64,000 nt of DNA from an uncultured Acidobacteriota bacterium. GTDB lineage: Bacteria; Acidobacteriota; UBA6911. The position numbers and the translations under genes were made by a program. This document shows positions 1-9,214 of this stretch, piece after piece. Position 1 is the stretch's first letter. Each line of letters opens with the position of its first letter. Below the pieces are notes generated by a model. The model was given only the letters and a program-made list of their open reading frames with translations. It was not told the origin of the DNA and did not search any database. The DNA is taken from NCBI GenBank assembly GCA_963809485.1, contig CAWEJX010000015.1, positions 96,001-160,000 of the forward strand, given 5' to 3'.

Positions 1-145
1 TTCATCCTTCTGATCCTTTGTTCCCTTATTCCTCTGCGCCTTCATCCCTTTGATCCTCTGATCCTCGACTGAATCCTTTGATCCTTGAATCCTCATCACC
101 TCCATCCCTTTGATCCTCTGATCCTTTGATCCTTGAATCCTCTAC
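1..145. repeat. Pyrimidine-rich degenerate 7/8-bp tandem repeat (TGATCCTT/TGAATCC units), truncated by window edge
   Basis: Many GATCC/AATCC units; internal duplications catccctttgatcctctgatcct (43-65 = 103-125) and atcctttgatccttgaatcctc (73-94 = 121-142). Confidence 0.8.
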
Positions 146-237
146 CCCATAACCCACCACGAAACGCATTTCAAAACACTCAGCGTTACGGAAAATTGAA
201 CGATAAGGAACAACGGCGGCTAACATGTTGATATCAA

Positions 238-266
238 TTGACATGGCATGTAAGACAAAGTACAAT
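238..266 (+). promoter_or_regulatory. Sigma70-type promoter of the rodZ-like operon
   Basis: TTGACA (238-243), 17-bp spacer, TACAAT (261-266), 70 bp upstream of the ATG at 337. Confidence 0.75.
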
Positions 267-336
267 GGCCGCATTTGGGGTAAGAATCAGCAGAATTCAA
301 CAGGAAAAAACGGTTTTTATAACGCCCTAGTCAACT

Positions 337-1269
337 ATGGCATCTGTTGCATCCGACCTGAAATCCGAGCGAGAGAAGCGAAACATTCCACTTGCTCAGA
401 TTGCCGCAGACACTCGAATCAGCCTGCATCATCTTGAAAGCCTGGAAGAGGGGCGCTACGGCGAGCTGCCGGGCGGGATGTATAATCGCGCCTTTTTAAG
501 AGCCTATTGCGAAAGCCTTGATCTGGACCAGAAGGAAATAATGCGGCGATACGAAGCGGAAATGTCGCCTGCTGTCGAAAAGCCTTCCAAGTCCAGAAAA
601 AAGATTCCCCAAACGAGCCGGTTGGCCCGGCATTACACGATTATGGCCTGGAGCGTCATGCTCCTGGTTTCCGCAACCGGGCTTTTTTTCAGCAGAAACT
701 GGATTGCCTCGGTTTTTTCACCCTATTTTTCGCGCACCCCGATAGCCGCCGTCCGCAACGAACCTGTTTCACCCCCTGCGGTGACTCCTGCCGCTGCATC
801 GCAGCCCGCGGCTGATACACCGGCCCCGGAGCCGGCCGCTCCTTCTCCCGAATCGGTGATGCCGACCGAGACTATAGCCGCGTCCTCGGAAACTCAGGCA
901 GGTGTGGCAACGGTTCTCTCAGCGACGGTTCCAGCGCCCTCCGTTCCTGCATCTGCGGTTGCCGCTTCGCCTGTGCCGGCGGCCCCTGCTTCGGCGTCCC
1001 CGCTGCGTGTCCGGATCGAAATAACGGAAGAATGCTGGATGTCGGTTGACAGCGACGGACGGCCCTCAATTCGAAGAGTGCTGAAAGCGGGTGAAACTCA
1101 ATCGTTTGAAGCCTCCCGCAAAATCAACCTCATTATGGGAAACGCCGGAGGAGTGCGGTTGCAGATCAACGGCAAGCCGGCGAAGCTGCTGGGCAAAACG
1201 GGAGAGGTTGTGAAGGTCGAGATCAACGAGACGAATCTGGCCGACTTCATCGACCAAACCGCAGGCTAA
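337..1269 (+). CDS. rodZ: RodZ-like protein (HTH, TM helix, Pro/Ala linker, DUF4115-like C-terminal domain)
   Basis: N-terminal HTH (LKSEREKRNI...LESLEEGRY.ELPGGMYNRAFLRAY), single TM, low-complexity linker, C-terminal CWMSV..DG...GNAGGV.L.INGK. Confidence 0.85.
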   Translation: MASVASDLKSEREKRNIPLAQIAADTRISLHHLESLEEGRYGELPGGMYNRAFLRAYCESLDLDQKEIMRRYEAEMSPAVEKPSKSRKKIPQTSRLARHYTIMAWSVMLLVSATGLFFSRNWIASVFSPYFSRTPIAAVRNEPVSPPAVTPAAASQPAADTPAPEPAAPSPESVMPTETIAASSETQAGVATVLSATVPAPSVPASAVAASPVPAAPASASPLRVRIEITEECWMSVDSDGRPSIRRVLKAGETQSFEASRKINLIMGNAGGVRLQINGKPAKLLGKTGEVVKVEINETNLADFIDQTAG

Positions 1270-1272
1270 TTG

Positions 1273-2310
1273 ATGGCCCAAAGCGATCTGCTGAAATCTC
1301 TCCTTTCCGGCGCCGCTCCTGCAAATCTGCGCATGGCTATTGCCCGAAGGATGGCGCCTCTTCCTCCCGGCCAGATGCTCGAACTGCTGGTGTGTCTCCT
1401 CAAAGACGCCGACCCCGCCATTGCATCCCAGGCGGCTGAAAGCCTGCACCAATATGAAGAGCCGGAGATCGTTTCGCAGCTGAAACTTCCCGATTGCCCT
1501 CCTGCGGTGCTCGAGCATTTCGCGGCGCCGGGAAATTCCCACGCTTTGCTTCTGGCCGTTATTACCAATCCGGCCAGTCCGGACACGTTGATCGGGTCGC
1601 TGGCACGCACGGTCCCCGCGCCGCTCCTGGAATCCCTGCTCGACAACCGGGTTCGCCTGATAAGGTCTCCGGATATTTTGGAGGGCATCAAGCAAAATCC
1701 TTCCGCGACACCCGAGGGTTTGAGGCTCGCGCGGGAGATCGAAACGGAATTTCTCGGGGCCAAGAAGAGGGAATATTCCGTCGAAGAACCGGCCCAGACC
1801 GCGGATGCCGTCATCGAGGCGCTCGGGCTGGACCTCGAAAAGCCTCCGGAAGATCTTAGGCTGGAGGGCCTGCCGGTTGAGGAAGAAGCGCGCGAGGCCG
1901 CGATCAGCCAGCGCCTTACCGGCCTTTCATTTCCGGAAAAGGTCCGGCATGCCCTCTTCGGCAACCGTGAACTGCGCATGATGCTGATCCGCGACACCAA
2001 CAGGGAAGTGGCGCGTTCGGTGCTTCGGAGCCCGAAGCTTACCGACGGCGAAATCGAGACCATCGCCGCCATGAGGGGCGTGGGGGAGGATATTCTCCGC
2101 GAAATAGGAAATAGCAAAGAGTGGACCAAGAGCTACAGCGTCCTGCAGAACCTCATCAAGAATCCGAAAACCCCGGCCTTTATCTCGCAGCGCCTGCTGA
2201 TCCGTCTCCACACCAGGGACCTGGCTCAACTGGCGCGCGACCGGAGCGTTCCCGACGCCGTGAGGTACAATGCGGCCCGGGCGTTGAACCAGCGGTCCTC
2301 TTCGAGGTAG
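1273..2310 (+). CDS. Conserved hypothetical alpha-helical repeat protein
   Basis: 346-aa ORF coupled to rodZ; repeated helical motifs (ITNPASP, LIKNPKTP, LIRDTNREVARSVLRSPKL). Confidence 0.7.
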   Translation: MAQSDLLKSLLSGAAPANLRMAIARRMAPLPPGQMLELLVCLLKDADPAIASQAAESLHQYEEPEIVSQLKLPDCPPAVLEHFAAPGNSHALLLAVITNPASPDTLIGSLARTVPAPLLESLLDNRVRLIRSPDILEGIKQNPSATPEGLRLAREIETEFLGAKKREYSVEEPAQTADAVIEALGLDLEKPPEDLRLEGLPVEEEAREAAISQRLTGLSFPEKVRHALFGNRELRMMLIRDTNREVARSVLRSPKLTDGEIETIAAMRGVGEDILREIGNSKEWTKSYSVLQNLIKNPKTPAFISQRLLIRLHTRDLAQLARDRSVPDAVRYNAARALNQRSSSR

Positions 2311-2315
2311 CGAGT

Positions 2316-2834
2316 ATGAAAGAGCGGAAGCGGAGCGAATTTCGCGCCAGGCTGCCGGAAGTCCTCAAGGCATCGGGCACGACCATCGCCGTGCGCGATC
2401 AAAAAATCCCCCACAGCAAAATTCTGAAAGCCATCCAGCGCGATCCGGATCTTCCGGGAGACCTGGCGGATATCTATCGCCGGAAGGTGCTCACGCAGAA
2501 AACCCGCACCATCCGGCTGCTGGGGAAAAAGGCTCCGGCAAAAATTCTCAACACCCTTCTCGGATACGAGGTCCAGGCCTCTTATAAAAGGATTCAGTGC
2601 CCCGACATGGTCACGGCCCGTTACATCAGGCTTTTTTCCGAACTGGGCTGCCACTCCATCCAGCTGCCCTATGATCCGACCGTCACGGCCGCTCTGATCC
2701 CGGAGATGGAGGCCGCAGTGGAAAAAATCACGGAAAGCGCGCGCGAGATGTTTCCCGGAGACCCGCAGCTGCAGAATTATGTGCTGCGAAATATTTACGC
2801 CATCATCCGTCAGTCTCTTAGATTTTCTCAATAA
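2316..2834 (+). CDS. Hypothetical protein
   Basis: ATG 5 bp after the upstream stop; protein-like composition (MKERKRSEF...). Confidence 0.65.
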   Translation: MKERKRSEFRARLPEVLKASGTTIAVRDQKIPHSKILKAIQRDPDLPGDLADIYRRKVLTQKTRTIRLLGKKAPAKILNTLLGYEVQASYKRIQCPDMVTARYIRLFSELGCHSIQLPYDPTVTAALIPEMEAAVEKITESAREMFPGDPQLQNYVLRNIYAIIRQSLRFSQ

Positions 2835-3094
2835 TATTTATAGCAAGAGACGACGATTGTGTTATAAGAAGACTAAACTGGCACTCAGCAATTTGTTCGT
2901 GGAGGAAAAGGGATTGTCAAGTTCGCAGCGGCCCTGAGGAAGCACCGCGATCTCAGGAGACTCGCAATCCCCGGATCCGTCGTATTTGAAACCGGCAGGC
3001 TCGGGATCCGGATAGCAAGGACAATGGCAAATCTCCCGGAATAATGTTGAACAATGAAACAGCTCCGTTGAGCCTGACTTGAGAGGATGAGGTT

Positions 3095-3553
3095 ATGCGA
3101 TTTCGTAACGTTTCGGTGTTTACAGCCTTCGCATTCCTGCTTTTTTCCTGCAGTTCCTGGGCCCAGGATGAAGTTATTCGCGAAGCCGCAATTCATGAAA
3201 ACATCAAGATGACCGCAGCAGCCCCTGCAAAGGACATTCCCGAGGATATTGCAGCCCAGTTCCGGAATTTCCTTCCCATTCTGGAAGAGGCTTTGAAGGA
3301 AAGCACCACAGACCAGTCCGACGAGTGCTCGCTGACTATCCGGGCAGCTGTCGCGGTCAAGGAAGTCGGATCGGCGAAAGTCAAGCGTGCGCAGGCGCGC
3401 ATCACCGCCTACCGGAGAAACTCAAGGCAGGAATATTTCGGTACTTTCATCCTATATAGCTACCTGACCAGCGGTCCCGTGAACAAGGAGGAGACGAAGC
3501 AGTTTCTTCAAAAGCAGATCCTGGAACCGGCTGCATGCCAGCAAGCCAAGTGA
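3095..3553 (+). CDS. Hypothetical exported protein
   Basis: SD-like GAGG upstream; N-terminal signal peptide (MRFRNVSVFTAFAFLLFSCSSWA-QD). Confidence 0.7.
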   Translation: MRFRNVSVFTAFAFLLFSCSSWAQDEVIREAAIHENIKMTAAAPAKDIPEDIAAQFRNFLPILEEALKESTTDQSDECSLTIRAAVAVKEVGSAKVKRAQARITAYRRNSRQEYFGTFILYSYLTSGPVNKEETKQFLQKQILEPAACQQAK

Positions 3554-3695
3554 CCGGCCCGGCATCCGTCCGCAGAAAGCTCTAAAACAAAGCACCTGGC
3601 GTGGTCTATAGCCAATATCGGGATGGTTTCCCTCCCCGCGCTTCGAGATTTCGTGTGCACAGCTCTCCGGTTCTATAAATCAACATTAGCGGATC

Positions 3696-3774
3696 AACTG
3701 CTGAGAAAATAGTATTTATAATTTTTCAGCGTGCGTCAGCGTTTATCGGCGTGCGTCAGCGTTAAAATTTATGG
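3696..3774 (+). repeat. Dispersed ~90-bp TCAGCG element, copy 1
   Basis: AACTGCTGAGAAAATAGTATTTATAATTTT-TCAGCGTGCG-TCAGCGTTTA-TCGGCGTGCG-TCAGCGTTAA-AATTTATGG; matches copies near 13459, 18532, 22541, 26894, 27677. Confidence 0.9.
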
Positions 3775-3807
3775 ACTGCCGATGGGCGAATGACCGGTTA
3801 TGGCTTA

Positions 3808-3836
3808 GTCGGACAGGTCTGGAGATCCGGCCTCAC
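3808..3836 (-). repeat. REP-like hairpin (GTGAGG/GTGAAG family)
   Basis: Reverse complement GTGAGGCCGGATCTCCAGACCTGTCCGAC resembles 14767-14795 GTGAAGACGGGGCTCCAGCCCCGTCCGAC. Confidence 0.65.
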
Positions 3837-3846
3837 GAACACCGCA

Positions 3847-4554
3847 TTACGGGATAAGGTCTTTGCGGACGACCTCGATTTCCTGGATGGGAATGACCAG
3901 GCGCACCAGCCTGCCATCTTTGTCGATACTCGCCGTGCCGCTGGATATTCCCACAAACTCGACCTGGAAATTTCTTACACGGATGGATTTGCCGTTCGCC
4001 TTCAGGTCCGAATCGCCCTGGAACGTAATTGCGAGCGGAATGTCATTGCCGATCAGCGGAACAAAGTTGGTAAAAATCTGCCGCCCGCCCCTTTTCATAT
4101 CGTACCTGCGAACCACATAGTCGTACTGGTGATACACGTTGAAATCCAGAATCACCATTTCGGGCGTAAACGGGACGCTGATCTCGCTGGTCCGGCCGCC
4201 TCTGGTCAGAACGCGCTGGGCCTGGGCATCGCGGATCGCAACGGAATAGGCGTCCCCGGTGCCGCCCGAGGTGTACCTGTACTCGTAGGACGCCAGCGAT
4301 CTCGGCTTCCCGGAAAAAACCATCCGGGTCGCAAACGACATGCTCTTCGTTTCAAGGCCGTCCGTAACCAGCATTTCGTGTTCGGAATCGGATACAAGGT
4401 CGCCGTTCTCCGAGACTGTTTCCTTGACGGTTTCACGCCCGGCTGCGCTGCCCTTGATAAAAATCGCATAGGACTGCGAATACGCGCTGTCCTGCGCATA
4501 GCCGCTTCCGCACAATAGAATCAGGCCTGTCCAGATGGAAAATAAAACTCTCAT
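3847..4554 (-). CDS. Hypothetical exported beta-rich protein (DUF6134/DUF3108-like)
   Basis: Signal peptide (…GSGYA-QD), alternating beta pattern, C-terminal IDKDGRLVRL; last gene of the dnaK-dnaJ-hspR run. Confidence 0.65.
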   Translation of the reverse strand: MRVLFSIWTGLILLCGSGYAQDSAYSQSYAIFIKGSAAGRETVKETVSENGDLVSDSEHEMLVTDGLETKSMSFATRMVFSGKPRSLASYEYRYTSGGTGDAYSVAIRDAQAQRVLTRGGRTSEISVPFTPEMVILDFNVYHQYDYVVRRYDMKRGGRQIFTNFVPLIGNDIPLAITFQGDSDLKANGKSIRVRNFQVEFVGISSGTASIDKDGRLVRLVIPIQEIEVVRKDLIP

Positions 4555-4559
4555 GAAAT

Positions 4560-4934
4560 CTACCGTTGAGACCGGACGATTTTGGTTGCCGGCACGCGGA
4601 CCAGGGCGCTGCGGAAAGAATCGGACGCCGAGGCGTTGATCTGCTCCCGGACAAACCCGATCATTTCCTCGACCTGCTCCTGCATCTTTTCCATCTTCTC
4701 GCGCATATTCAGGATGACCTCAACCCCGGCTAGATTCACACCCAGTTCACGAGTGAGCGTGAGGATGATCTCCAGCCTGTGCAGGTCCTCCTCCGAATAG
4801 AGCCGTGTGTTCCCGTCGCTGCGCGACGGCATCAACAGCCCCAGGCGCTCATACAGGCGGAGCGTCTGAGGATGGATCTGATACGACTCCGCCACCGAAC
4901 TGATCATGTAACCTGTTTTTTTCCGCGGGCTCAC
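4560..4934 (-). CDS. hspR: HspR heat-shock repressor (MerR family)
   Basis: YMISSVAE...IHPQTLRLYERLGLL.PSRS.GNTRLYS...LGVNLAGVEVIL; directly downstream of dnaJ. Confidence 0.9.
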   Translation of the reverse strand: MSPRKKTGYMISSVAESYQIHPQTLRLYERLGLLMPSRSDGNTRLYSEEDLHRLEIILTLTRELGVNLAGVEVILNMREKMEKMQEQVEEMIGFVREQINASASDSFRSALVRVPATKIVRSQR

Positions 4935-4950
4935 AATTCACTCTCCCAGA

Positions 4951-6090
4951 TCAGATTGGAGACATGCTGTCCCGGGGATTTTCCGGGTTCAGGCGGGCCA
5001 ATTCCCGCAGAAGCTCCTTGGAGCGTTCATCCGCCACTTTGGGCACGATGACGCGCACCTCCACAATTTGGTTGCCGGGCAAATCACCGCGAAGCGAAGG
5101 TGCGCCTTTTCCTCTCAGCCGGAATTTCTGGCCGCTCTGGGTCCCCGGCGGGATGCGCAGCAGGCTTTTTCCGTTAATCGATGGGACCTCGATCTTCGTT
5201 CCCAGCGCGGCTTCCGTTACCGTGATGGGCACCGTGCAGACTATGTCGTTCCCTTCCCGACGGAAAAATTCGTGCGGCCGGACGGTAATGATCAGATACA
5301 GATCGCCCGGGCCTCCTCCGGACACGCCGGCGTTCCCTTTGCCGGGGACGCGCATTCGATAGCCGTTGGCTACACCCGGAGGTATGCGGACGGTGATGGT
5401 TTCCTGGAAAGGCTTCGCGCCGGAACCGCCGCACACGGCGCAGCGGCCCCCGACCCGGCCGGTTCCGCCGCAGGCGCGGCAGGGGCCGGAAAACCGCATG
5501 AATCCATGGGCCTTCGCCTCCTGCCCCGTTCCCTGGCACTTCGAGCACGTCTGCTGGCCCGCATTGCGGTCCCTTCCGGTTCCTTCGCATGCGGAACAGG
5601 CGACATGCCGGTTCAGAACCATTCGCGTGGACAAACCCTGAAGGCTTTCCATGAAGGAAATATTCAGGTGATGCTCCAGGTCTTCTCCCCGAACCGGTCC
5701 TGTTTCGCGGCTGCGCGATGCGCCGCCGCTGAAAAGATCGGAAAATAGATCCCGGAAACTGCTCTGCCCGGATTCCCCGAAATCCATTCCAGAAAAATCG
5801 AATCCCTGGCTGTGTCCCCCGCCGAATCCCCTGCCTTGCCCGCCCGGATGCTCCTTGAAGTTTTCCGAGTAGAAGCCGTATTGATCGTAAACCGCGCGCT
5901 TCTTGGGATCGCTAAGAACGTCGTAGGCCTGCTGGATCCTCTTGAAACGCTCCTCCGCCGATTTGTCCCCCGGGTTGACATCCGGATGATTTTTCCTTGC
6001 CAGGCGTCGATAGGCCTTCTTGATTTCCGCCTCTTTCGCGTTCCGGGAAATGCCCAGAATCGCGTAATAATCCGGTCCCTGATTTGCCAT
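4951..6090 (-). CDS. dnaJ: Chaperone DnaJ
   Basis: J domain with HPD, G/F-rich region, four CxxCxGxG motifs, C-terminal domain. Confidence 0.97.
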   Translation of the reverse strand: MANQGPDYYAILGISRNAKEAEIKKAYRRLARKNHPDVNPGDKSAEERFKRIQQAYDVLSDPKKRAVYDQYGFYSENFKEHPGGQGRGFGGGHSQGFDFSGMDFGESGQSSFRDLFSDLFSGGASRSRETGPVRGEDLEHHLNISFMESLQGLSTRMVLNRHVACSACEGTGRDRNAGQQTCSKCQGTGQEAKAHGFMRFSGPCRACGGTGRVGGRCAVCGGSGAKPFQETITVRIPPGVANGYRMRVPGKGNAGVSGGGPGDLYLIITVRPHEFFRREGNDIVCTVPITVTEAALGTKIEVPSINGKSLLRIPPGTQSGQKFRLRGKGAPSLRGDLPGNQIVEVRVIVPKVADERSKELLRELARLNPENPRDSMSPI

Positions 6091-6134
6091 ACCTTAGCCT
6101 GCGGACAAAAATTGCGCTGCCTCACGCCGTCATT

Positions 6135-6181
6135 CGCCGGCGCGCGCCGATAGAAAACCATTTTATCCGCGTGCGCCGGCG
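6135..6181. terminator. GC-rich hairpin between dnaK and dnaJ (mRNA stabiliser or attenuator)
   Basis: 6135-6152 CGCCGGCGCGCGCCGATA pairs with 6164-6181 at 16/18 positions, 11-nt loop. Confidence 0.5.
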
Positions 6182-6245
6182 TTTAATTTTGTCGCGGGAC
6201 AGCCTGTACCGTTTCGTGCCACCACATGCTGCTTAAAACGCAGCC

Positions 6246-8174
6246 TTACTCGTTTTTGTCCATGTCGACGTATTCCGCGTCGATTACCTCATCTTCCTTT
6301 TTGCCCGATTCCTGCTTCGGGCCGCCGCCCGCTGCTCCGTCGCCGGGCGCGCCATGCGGAGGAGTCTGCGCCGCGGTCTTCTGGTACATGATCTCGGCAA
6401 GGCGGTGCGACGCGTGGGTCAGTTCCTCGAAGGCCTCGTTGAGCTCGGAGGCTTCCGCCTGTCTCTCGAGGACCAGCTTGGCTTTGGAAAGCGCCGAATC
6501 CAGGGTCGCAGCATCCGACTCCGGCACTTTCTCCCGGTTTTCTTTCAGGATCTTCTCCGTGTTGTAGACCAGGCTGTCGAGTTTGTTTTTAGCCTCGATC
6601 TTTTCCCGGTTTTTCTGGTCTTCATCCGCATGGGATTGAGCGTCCTGCTTCATTTTATCAATTTCTTCCTTGCTCAATCCGCTCGACGCGGTGATGGTGA
6701 TCTTCTGCTCCTTGCTGGTGGCCAGGTCCTTGGCCGAAACGTTCACGATGCCGTTGGCGTCGATGTCGAATGTCACTTCAATCTGCGGCATCCCCCGCGG
6801 CGCCGCTGGAATTCCCACCAGGTGGAATTTGCCCAGTGTCCGGTTGTCCTTCGCCATCGCCCGCTCGCCCTGTAAAACGTGGATTTCCACCGATGTTTGA
6901 TTGTCGGCGGCGGTGGAAAATATTTCGGATTTCCTGGTCGGGATGGTCGTGTTTCTTTCGATCAGCTTGGTGAAGACTCCGCCGAGGGTCTCGATGCCCA
7001 GAGACAGCGGCGTCACATCCAGGAGCAGCAGGTCCTTCACGTCCCCGGCAAGCACACCGGCCTGAACGGCAGCGCCCACGGCAACCACCTCGTCGGGGTT
7101 CACGCCTTTATGGGGCTCTTTGCCGAAATATTCCTTCACCATCTGCTGAACGCGCGGGATACGGGTCGATCCGCCAACCAGGACCACCTCATCGATATCG
7201 CTCGGCTTCACGCCGGCATCCGCCAGCGCCTGTTTCAAGGGAGGAATCGACCGCTGCAGGATGTCCTCGACCATCTGTTCGAATTTGGAACGGGACAGCT
7301 TCATGTTCAGGTGCTTCGGCCCGGCGGAATCGGCGGTGATGAAGGGAAGGTTGATCTCCGTTTCCATTACGGTCGAAAGCTCCATTTTTGCCTTTTCGGC
7401 GGCTTCGCGCAGACGCTGCAGGGCCATCTTGTCCTTCGACAGGTCGATTCCCTGGTCTTTTTTGAACTCGTCGATAATCCAGTCCATAAGCCGCTGGTCA
7501 ATGTTGTCCCCGCCGAGGTGGGTGTCCCCGTTGGTCGATTTGACTTCCACTACGCCTTCGCCGACTTCGAGGATTGAAATGTCGAAGGTCCCGCCGCCGA
7601 AATCGAAGACCGCAATGGTTTCGTCTTTCTTCTTGTCCAGGCCGTAGGCCAGGGCCGCCGCCGTCGGTTCGTTGACGATGCGGACCACTTCCATGCCCGC
7701 TATTTTGCCCGCATCCTTGGTAGCCTGGCGCTGGCTGTCGTTGAAATAGGCAGGAACCGTGATCACGGCTTTTTCCACTTTTTCGCCCAGATATTCCTCC
7801 GCCGCGGCGCGCATCTTCTGGAGGATCATGGCCGCTATTTCCGGCGGGTTGTAGGTCTTGTCACCCATTTTTACCTGCGCGTCCGAGTTTGAACCGGACA
7901 CGACCTTGTAGGGGACCAGTTTCGTTTCCTCACCGACCTCACTGGTTTTGCGTCCCATGAACCGCTTGATGGAAAAAATGGTGTTTTCCGGGTTTGTAAC
8001 TGCTTGGCGCTTGGCAACTTGCCCTACAAAACGTTCTCCGTTTTTCCCCACCGCCACTACCGAAGGCGTGAGCCGGGATCCTTCAGGATTGGTGATAACC
8101 TTAGGCTCGCCTCCCTCCATGACCGCCACTACTGAATTGGTAGTGCCAAGGTCTATTCCGATGATCTTACCCAT
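6246..8174 (-). CDS. dnaK: Chaperone DnaK (Hsp70)
   Basis: [42 protein letters not shown]-terminal DAEY; AAGGAGG SD. Confidence 0.99.
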   Translation of the reverse strand: MGKIIGIDLGTTNSVVAVMEGGEPKVITNPEGSRLTPSVVAVGKNGERFVGQVAKRQAVTNPENTIFSIKRFMGRKTSEVGEETKLVPYKVVSGSNSDAQVKMGDKTYNPPEIAAMILQKMRAAAEEYLGEKVEKAVITVPAYFNDSQRQATKDAGKIAGMEVVRIVNEPTAAALAYGLDKKKDETIAVFDFGGGTFDISILEVGEGVVEVKSTNGDTHLGGDNIDQRLMDWIIDEFKKDQGIDLSKDKMALQRLREAAEKAKMELSTVMETEINLPFITADSAGPKHLNMKLSRSKFEQMVEDILQRSIPPLKQALADAGVKPSDIDEVVLVGGSTRIPRVQQMVKEYFGKEPHKGVNPDEVVAVGAAVQAGVLAGDVKDLLLLDVTPLSLGIETLGGVFTKLIERNTTIPTRKSEIFSTAADNQTSVEIHVLQGERAMAKDNRTLGKFHLVGIPAAPRGMPQIEVTFDIDANGIVNVSAKDLATSKEQKITITASSGLSKEEIDKMKQDAQSHADEDQKNREKIEAKNKLDSLVYNTEKILKENREKVPESDAATLDSALSKAKLVLERQAEASELNEAFEELTHASHRLAEIMYQKTAAQTPPHGAPGDGAAGGGPKQESGKKEDEVIDAEYVDMDKNE

Positions 8175-8267
8175 TGGTTCCTCCTTAATGAACGCAACTA
8201 AAGTGTTTTAAAAGACATCCATTCATAATTGCCGATTGTCATTCCCAGCATTTTTTAGCGCATCAGT

Positions 8268-8297
8268 TATATAGGATGTGAGTGTCTCGTTGTCAAC
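8268..8297 (-). promoter_or_regulatory. dnaK promoter with overlapping HAIR-like HspR operator
   Basis: Minus strand TTGACA (8296-8291), 17 bp, TATATA; plus strand TGTGAGT-N7-TGTCAAC (8277-8297) matches CTTGAGT-N7-ACTCAAG at 9/14. Confidence 0.55.
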
Positions 8298-8355
8298 TAT
8301 TCTTGCCGCCGCGGCCGATTTTGTTGAAGAAAAACTCCGGCCGCTCTGTGTGGGG

Positions 8356-8486
8356 GTTGAACGTTTGAACGTTGAACGTTAGAATGTTTGAACGTTTACG
8401 GGTTGCACGTTCGAAGTCTGCACTTTCGACTTACAACGTTCAACGTGCAAACCTTCCAACGTGCAAACGTTCAAACGTTCAACGTT
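8356..8486. repeat. Palindromic array of 7/8-bp AACGTT-core units
   Basis: Left arm (T)TGAACGT units, right arm ACGTTCAA/ACGTGCAA units; 8356-8373 is a perfect 18-bp inverted repeat of 8466-8483. Confidence 0.9.
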
Positions 8487-8532
8487 ACTGCAGGTAGCCT
8501 CCACCTGCATTTCCTGCTATCATGGCAATACT

Positions 8533-9174
8533 ATGAAGAAAATCGCAGCCATGGCATGGATTATTTTCGGAGCGGCTCTCCTGATGGCCGATGACTACCT
8601 GATAAAGACGGTCAAGGTTCAGCCGATGGAATCCTATCCCGCCCAGGCATCGGTCGGGAATGTAACGATCGCAGCGGATCCCTACGACACCAATAAAAAA
8701 TCATTAACGGCATTCGACGTAAAAAAACTCAATTCGCGCGGATATTTCCCTCTTCACGTGATCATCCGGAACGGCTCGTCGGATTTCCTCAAAATACACA
8801 CGCGAAATATCATCGTTGTCACTTCCTCCGGTCAGCATCTTTACACCACGCCTGCGACGCTTCTGGTCGACGATATCGGCAAAGCCGGGATGACGAGCAA
8901 AATCCCTCTCATAGGATCGGACGGCGCTCCGGGAATGGGCAAGGAAGGCAGCGCCCTTTCGGATTTTTCGGCGAAAGAATTGACCAATCGGACCGTGGAT
9001 CCCGGCTCGGTTTCCGACGGATTCCTCTTTTTCTTCACGCCCGATCCCAAGATAAATCCTTTCGCGGGCAGCACGCTTTACATCCCCAAGCTCGAGACGG
9101 AAGGCACCGGCAAAGGGATTGGGCCTTTCTCCATAGCGCTTGAACCCGCGCTGACAAAACCCAAGAAAAAATAG
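8533..9174 (+). CDS. Hypothetical exported protein
   Basis: MKKIAAMAWIIFGAALLMA signal peptide; Ig-like pattern (PLHVIIRNGS...VDPGSVSDGFLFF). Confidence 0.75.
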   Translation: MKKIAAMAWIIFGAALLMADDYLIKTVKVQPMESYPAQASVGNVTIAADPYDTNKKSLTAFDVKKLNSRGYFPLHVIIRNGSSDFLKIHTRNIIVVTSSGQHLYTTPATLLVDDIGKAGMTSKIPLIGSDGAPGMGKEGSALSDFSAKELTNRTVDPGSVSDGFLFFFTPDPKINPFAGSTLYIPKLETEGTGKGIGPFSIALEPALTKPKKK

Positions 9175-9214
9175 AGCTCCGGCTCCCGTAAGCAGGGAGT
9201 GCGAATCGTATCCT

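Noticed and set aside
26-274. 82-aa ORF with repeated DSRIKG/SEDQRD peptides
   Set aside because: Simply the translation of the tandem DNA repeat; no coding evidence
2878-2905. CIRCE element or sigma54 site (CTGGCACTC...)
   Set aside because: Only a left half-site; no GAGTGCTAA arm and no TTGC at the -12 position
8388-8594. ORFs and N-terminal extensions through the AACGTT arrays (also 20056-20115)
   Set aside because: Repeat-derived peptides (TFNVQTF); better starts exist downstream at 8533 and 20116
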